DNA from: Candidatus Bathyarchaeum tardum
GTDB lineage: Archaea; Thermoproteota; Bathyarchaeia; Bathyarchaeales; Bathyarchaeaceae
NCBI GenBank assembly: GCA_024650005.2
Contig: CP122380.1
Span: 832,001 to 896,000 of the forward strand
Reading direction: 5' to 3'
Length of the DNA stretch: 64,000 nucleotides
Positions within the stretch are counted from its first letter, which is position 1. Every line of letters starts with the position of its first letter. Of this stretch, positions 60,393-64,000 are shown in pieces. Under the pieces are notes generated by a model. It ran no database searches. It saw only the letters and a program-made list of their open reading frames with translations, and was not told the origin of the DNA. Both the position numbers and the translations under genes were made by a program.

Positions 60393-60798
60393 CTTTTTTA
60401 TCAGAAAAAACTTTTGCTTTAAGCTTAACTTTCATTCCTATATGCAACTTTTCTTTTTTAATGCCGCTAAGCCACGCTAGCACTTTAACCCCTTCGCTTA
60501 GCTTGGCAATTGCAACAATGTATGAGGGTTCTTCTGAAAAACTGGCTGGTTTAACAACCACTTCGGTAAACGTCACAATTTTTCCGTTTCCAATTAATTC
60601 AGTCCATTCTATTTCGGATGAACCGCACGGTCCACAATCTGCGACAGGAGGAAACACTAACTTGCCACACTTTTTACATTTAGTGGCATAGACTTTTCCT
60701 TGCTTTAGTTCATCCCAGAACTTTGAGGTCTTACTTATTGGCAGATTATATGTTATTATCAATGACCTGTTGCTTTCCAACGATGGTGCTTTATTCAT
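60367..60798 (-). CDS. DUF35 Zn-ribbon/OB-fold thiolase partner
   Basis: CKKCG..FPP...CGPC plus OB fold; adjacent to the thiolase. Confidence 0.9.
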   Translation of the reverse strand: MNKAPSLESNRSLIITYNLPISKTSKFWDELKQGKVYATKCKKCGKLVFPPVADCGPCGSSEIEWTELIGNGKIVTFTEVVVKPASFSEEPSYIVAIAKLSEGVKVLAWLSGIKKEKLHIGMKVKLKAKVFSDKKVAYEFVPA

Positions 60799-60802
60799 TT
60801 TT

Positions 60803-61966
60803 TCATCTCCTTAGTATGCTTACAAATCCATAATGGCCAGTGCCCCCCGTGTTATGTGCTAAAGCAACATAATTTTTCATAGGTGCTTGCCTGGTGGGTT
60901 TCACTTCTTCACGCAACTGTTTTGTCAGTTCTACAAGCATCGAAACCCCTGTGGTTCCGATTGGGTGACCTTTAGCCTTTAAGCCCCCGTCAAGATTAAC
61001 TGGAATTTTTCCTCCAATTTCTGTTTCTCCGTCACGAATCATTTGTGCGCCGTCACCTTTTTCACAAAAACCTAAGTCTTCATAGGCCATTATTTCAGCA
61101 ATTGTAAAACAGTCATGAACATTTGCAACATCCACATCAATGGGCGAAATTCCAGCAATGTTATAAGCCATTTTTGCTGCTTTCACCGATGCAGATAACC
61201 CCACGTAATTTTCTCGTTTAGAAATATTAGCAGTATCCGAAGCAAAACCCATGGCGTCTATCCACACTGGGTCTTCTATTTTTAACTCTTTAACTTTGCT
61301 TTCGGACGCTAAAACCAATGCTGCTGAACCATCCGTAATTGGACAACAATCATAGAGCTTCAATGGCCACGCAATTACGTTCGAATTAAGGGCTTTCTCT
61401 ACAGTAATTTCGTGCCTGAGGTGAGCTACTGGATTCATTGCCCCATACCTATGGTTTTTTACTGCAACCCGCGCCAAATCTTTTTCAGTAGTACCAAATT
61501 TTTCCATATGCTCAACTGCATGTAATGCATAATACGCAGGGAAGGTCATTCCAAAATTTTCAAACTCCCACATGTAATATCCTGCTCGGCCAATCATCTC
61601 CATGACCGTGGATGTGTCTATTTGTTTCATTTTTTCTGCCCCAACAACAAGTGCTAAATCTGTTTGCTTGCTCATTACTGCAGAGTAAGCATTGAAAACC
61701 GCGGCACTTCCTGAGGCACAAGCTGCTTCACATCTCACTAAACCTGCTCCTGTTAAACCACAGTATTCTGCAATAACAACAGCAGGCAACGGCTCTTCGG
61801 ACCAAACCCCCATCGACCCCAACGCCATGTATGGAATCTCTTTTGCTGTTAATCCCGAAGCATCAAGAGCAGGCTGAATTGCTTCGAAAGACAACTCAGC
61901 CAGATTGACATCTGATCGGTCCCCAAATCTGCTGTGACCTTTTCCAATAATTGCTACTTTATTCAT
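60803..61966 (-). CDS. Archaeal/SCP2-type thiolase
   Basis: EAACASG, DCCPITDG, HDCF and GHPIGTTG motifs. Confidence 0.93.
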   Translation of the reverse strand: MNKVAIIGKGHSRFGDRSDVNLAELSFEAIQPALDASGLTAKEIPYMALGSMGVWSEEPLPAVVIAEYCGLTGAGLVRCEAACASGSAAVFNAYSAVMSKQTDLALVVGAEKMKQIDTSTVMEMIGRAGYYMWEFENFGMTFPAYYALHAVEHMEKFGTTEKDLARVAVKNHRYGAMNPVAHLRHEITVEKALNSNVIAWPLKLYDCCPITDGSAALVLASESKVKELKIEDPVWIDAMGFASDTANISKRENYVGLSASVKAAKMAYNIAGISPIDVDVANVHDCFTIAEIMAYEDLGFCEKGDGAQMIRDGETEIGGKIPVNLDGGLKAKGHPIGTTGVSMLVELTKQLREEVKPTRQAPMKNYVALAHNTGGTGHYGFVSILRR

Positions 61967-62010
61967 GGCTATTCATCTGCAACTGTTGATATTTTGACTT
62001 GGTAGTCTCC

Positions 62011-62781
62011 TTATTTTTTGTTTCTTTGAGACGCAATATCTGCCAACTTGTTTTTTGTTTCGGTTAACAAAAAAAGCTGAACAAAGGAAGCTGTTTCCTT
62101 CTTGAAATCGTCATCGACGAGATTGGAAAAAATTGTTTTCTTTAACTGATAACAGGCGGATGGGGGACATTCACTTAATTTTTGAGCAAAAGACTCTATT
62201 TCCCTATCTAAATCATCTGAGGAAACAACAGTATCTACCAAACCAATTTTTAGCGCCTCTTCTGACCTAATGTTCTCTCCTAACATTATCAACTGCTTTG
62301 ATTTTGATTCCCCAACAATTAAGGGCAACCTTTGAGTTCCTCCCCATCCGGGAATAAAACCTAATTTAATTTCTGGAAACCCAAATTGAGCATCATCTGA
62401 TGATATTCGAAAATCACAGGCTAACGCTAACTCAAGCCCTCCCCCTAATGCGTATCCCTTAATGGAGGCTAAAACAGGTTTAGACATGTTTTCAATTTTT
62501 GAAAAAACTTCTTGCCCATTAATAGAGAAAGCTCTTGCTGTTTCTTTGGTCAAATTCTGAAGTTCAGTTAAATCAGCACCAGCACTGAAGGACTTTTTTC
62601 CCTCACCTGATATTACTAAACATTTTATTTTTTTGTCTATCTCAAGGTTGTCTATTGCTTGAGACAATTCTTGTAACATAACAGAGTTTATAGCGTTAAG
62701 CTTGTCAGGTCGGTTAAATCTAATATGTGCAATCTGCCTTTTTTTGTGAACTTTTATTGTGCAGTAACTATTGGACACCAT
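62011..62781 (-). CDS. Enoyl-CoA hydratase
   Basis: FSAGADL, GGGLELALACD and PEIKLGFIPGWGGTQRL motifs. Confidence 0.93.
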   Translation of the reverse strand: MVSNSYCTIKVHKKRQIAHIRFNRPDKLNAINSVMLQELSQAIDNLEIDKKIKCLVISGEGKKSFSAGADLTELQNLTKETARAFSINGQEVFSKIENMSKPVLASIKGYALGGGLELALACDFRISSDDAQFGFPEIKLGFIPGWGGTQRLPLIVGESKSKQLIMLGENIRSEEALKIGLVDTVVSSDDLDREIESFAQKLSECPPSACYQLKKTIFSNLVDDDFKKETASFVQLFLLTETKNKLADIASQRNKK

Positions 62782-62802
62782 ATTTGCCTCAAAACTATTT
62801 AA

Positions 62803-63951
62803 TTACAATTTTTTTATTAATTGTTTAAGGACAGCTAATCTTTGGATTTCAGAGGTTCCTTCATATATTTCGGTTATTTTTGCGTCCCGATATGCTCGTT
62901 CAACCTTGTATTCTCCCAGGTAACCGTACCCGCCTAAAACTTGAACTGCAGCATCAGTTGCCTTTACTGCTACTTTGCTTGCGTAAAGCTTCGCCATGGA
63001 TGTCAACATCGGATCCACGGTGTTTTGGTCTATTGTCCATGCTGCTTTGTAGGTAAGCAGTCTTGCAGCTTCAATTTCTGATGCGATTTGAGCTATTTTG
63101 GCTCCTATCTGTTGAAAACGAATTATCGGCTGTCCTGCGGATTTTCTGTTTTGAGCATATTTTACTGCAATGTCCAAGACTCCTTGGGCGGTTCCTACAG
63201 CCTGAGCTGCAATAATGGTTCTGCTTACTGTAAAAAAATCCATTGAATGACTGAAGCCTTCATCTTGTTTTCCTAGCAGGTTAGCAGCACTAACATTTAC
63301 GTTTTTGAAAGAAATTTTTCCTGTTGGAACGCATCTGATTCCCATTTTGTTTGACAACTTGGTAACCGTTATCCCTGTGGCTTTCTTATCTACAATAAAC
63401 AAAGACAGGTTTTGATGAGACTTCTTGATGTTGTTTGTTTGACACAAAACAATGAAAAAGTTGGCAATAGGCGCATTTGTTATCAGGGTTTTAGTTCCAT
63501 TTATCGTCCAATAGTCTCCATTTTTTGTTGCTTTAGTATCTACTGTTGATAAATCTGTTCCCCGAGCGGGTTCAGTAAATGCTGCTGCGCTTATGGTGAT
63601 TCCTTGGCAAAGATTTGGAAGATACTTGAGTTTTTGTTCCTCGGTTCCATGACGCAACAATATGTCACTTCCAAAGGTTCCAATGATACTAGCTAAACCT
63701 AAAGATGAATCTGCTTTACACATTTCTTCCGTGGCTAAACAAGCTGCTTGATATCCTTGACCTTTGCCCCCGTACTTTTTTGGGATAAACAGGCTGGAAA
63801 ACCCTTGTTTTGCACTTTTTCTATAAAGGTCAAACGGGAATTCTTCTTTTTTATCAAAATCAAGGGCGTAATCAGAATCAAACTCTTTTTCACAAAAGCT
63901 TCTGACAGACTCTTTTAGCTCCTTTTGTGTTTTGGTTAACTCAAAATCCAC
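62803..63951 (-). CDS. Acyl-CoA dehydrogenase
   Basis: FTEP, GTKTLITN, KMGIR, GGYGY and IYEGTSEIQ motifs. Confidence 0.95.
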   Translation of the reverse strand: MDFELTKTQKELKESVRSFCEKEFDSDYALDFDKKEEFPFDLYRKSAKQGFSSLFIPKKYGGKGQGYQAACLATEEMCKADSSLGLASIIGTFGSDILLRHGTEEQKLKYLPNLCQGITISAAAFTEPARGTDLSTVDTKATKNGDYWTINGTKTLITNAPIANFFIVLCQTNNIKKSHQNLSLFIVDKKATGITVTKLSNKMGIRCVPTGKISFKNVNVSAANLLGKQDEGFSHSMDFFTVSRTIIAAQAVGTAQGVLDIAVKYAQNRKSAGQPIIRFQQIGAKIAQIASEIEAARLLTYKAAWTIDQNTVDPMLTSMAKLYASKVAVKATDAAVQVLGGYGYLGEYKVERAYRDAKITEIYEGTSEIQRLAVLKQLIKKL

Positions 63952-64000
63952 CAGAATACACCAACCAACTGATTGGTTTTAGAAAATAAAACTGTTCTCA

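Noticed and set aside
33538-60691. Numerous antisense or alternate-frame ORFs in the ORF track (e.g. 33715..34155, 38546..38944, 45552..45944, 59602..60162)
   Set aside because: They are shadows of well-supported genes and have no motifs of their own.

Overview
AT-rich archaeal chromosomal segment, most likely TACK/Bathyarchaeia. This is inferred from RadA, Trm1, a Cren7-like domain, DUF5752, a NitrOD5/DUF3227-like protein and GGTGA/GGAGG ribosome-binding sites. Positions 1-26.5 kb form a large minus-strand surface-glycosylation locus (wecB, GT2/GT4/GT-C glycosyltransferases, FkbM methyltransferases, GDP-mannose 3,5-epimerase-like gene). At about 2.9-9.1 kb the locus is interrupted by a toxin-antitoxin island (MNT-HEPN, two VapBC pairs, orphan genes). 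The island is bracketed by two decayed copies of an NAD-dependent epimerase and punctuated by a family of covarying palindromic repeats that I do not recognise. Positions 27-33 kb hold signalling genes (STAS+HATPase pair, REC-PAS histidine kinase), a degenerate ferritin-like gene, and a Doc/Fic toxin with an unannotated 39-aa putative antitoxin. Positions 33-64 kb are mostly housekeeping and envelope genes: UbiA, rubrerythrin, a GIY-YIG/DUF5752/Cren7-like fusion, NTPase, Trm1, surface proteins, fumarate hydratase, RadA, Nth, HtrA, a SPOUT methyltransferase and a beta-oxidation operon. I saw no rRNA, tRNA, CRISPR array, integrase or transposase. All family calls are from motif recognition by eye, without database searches.
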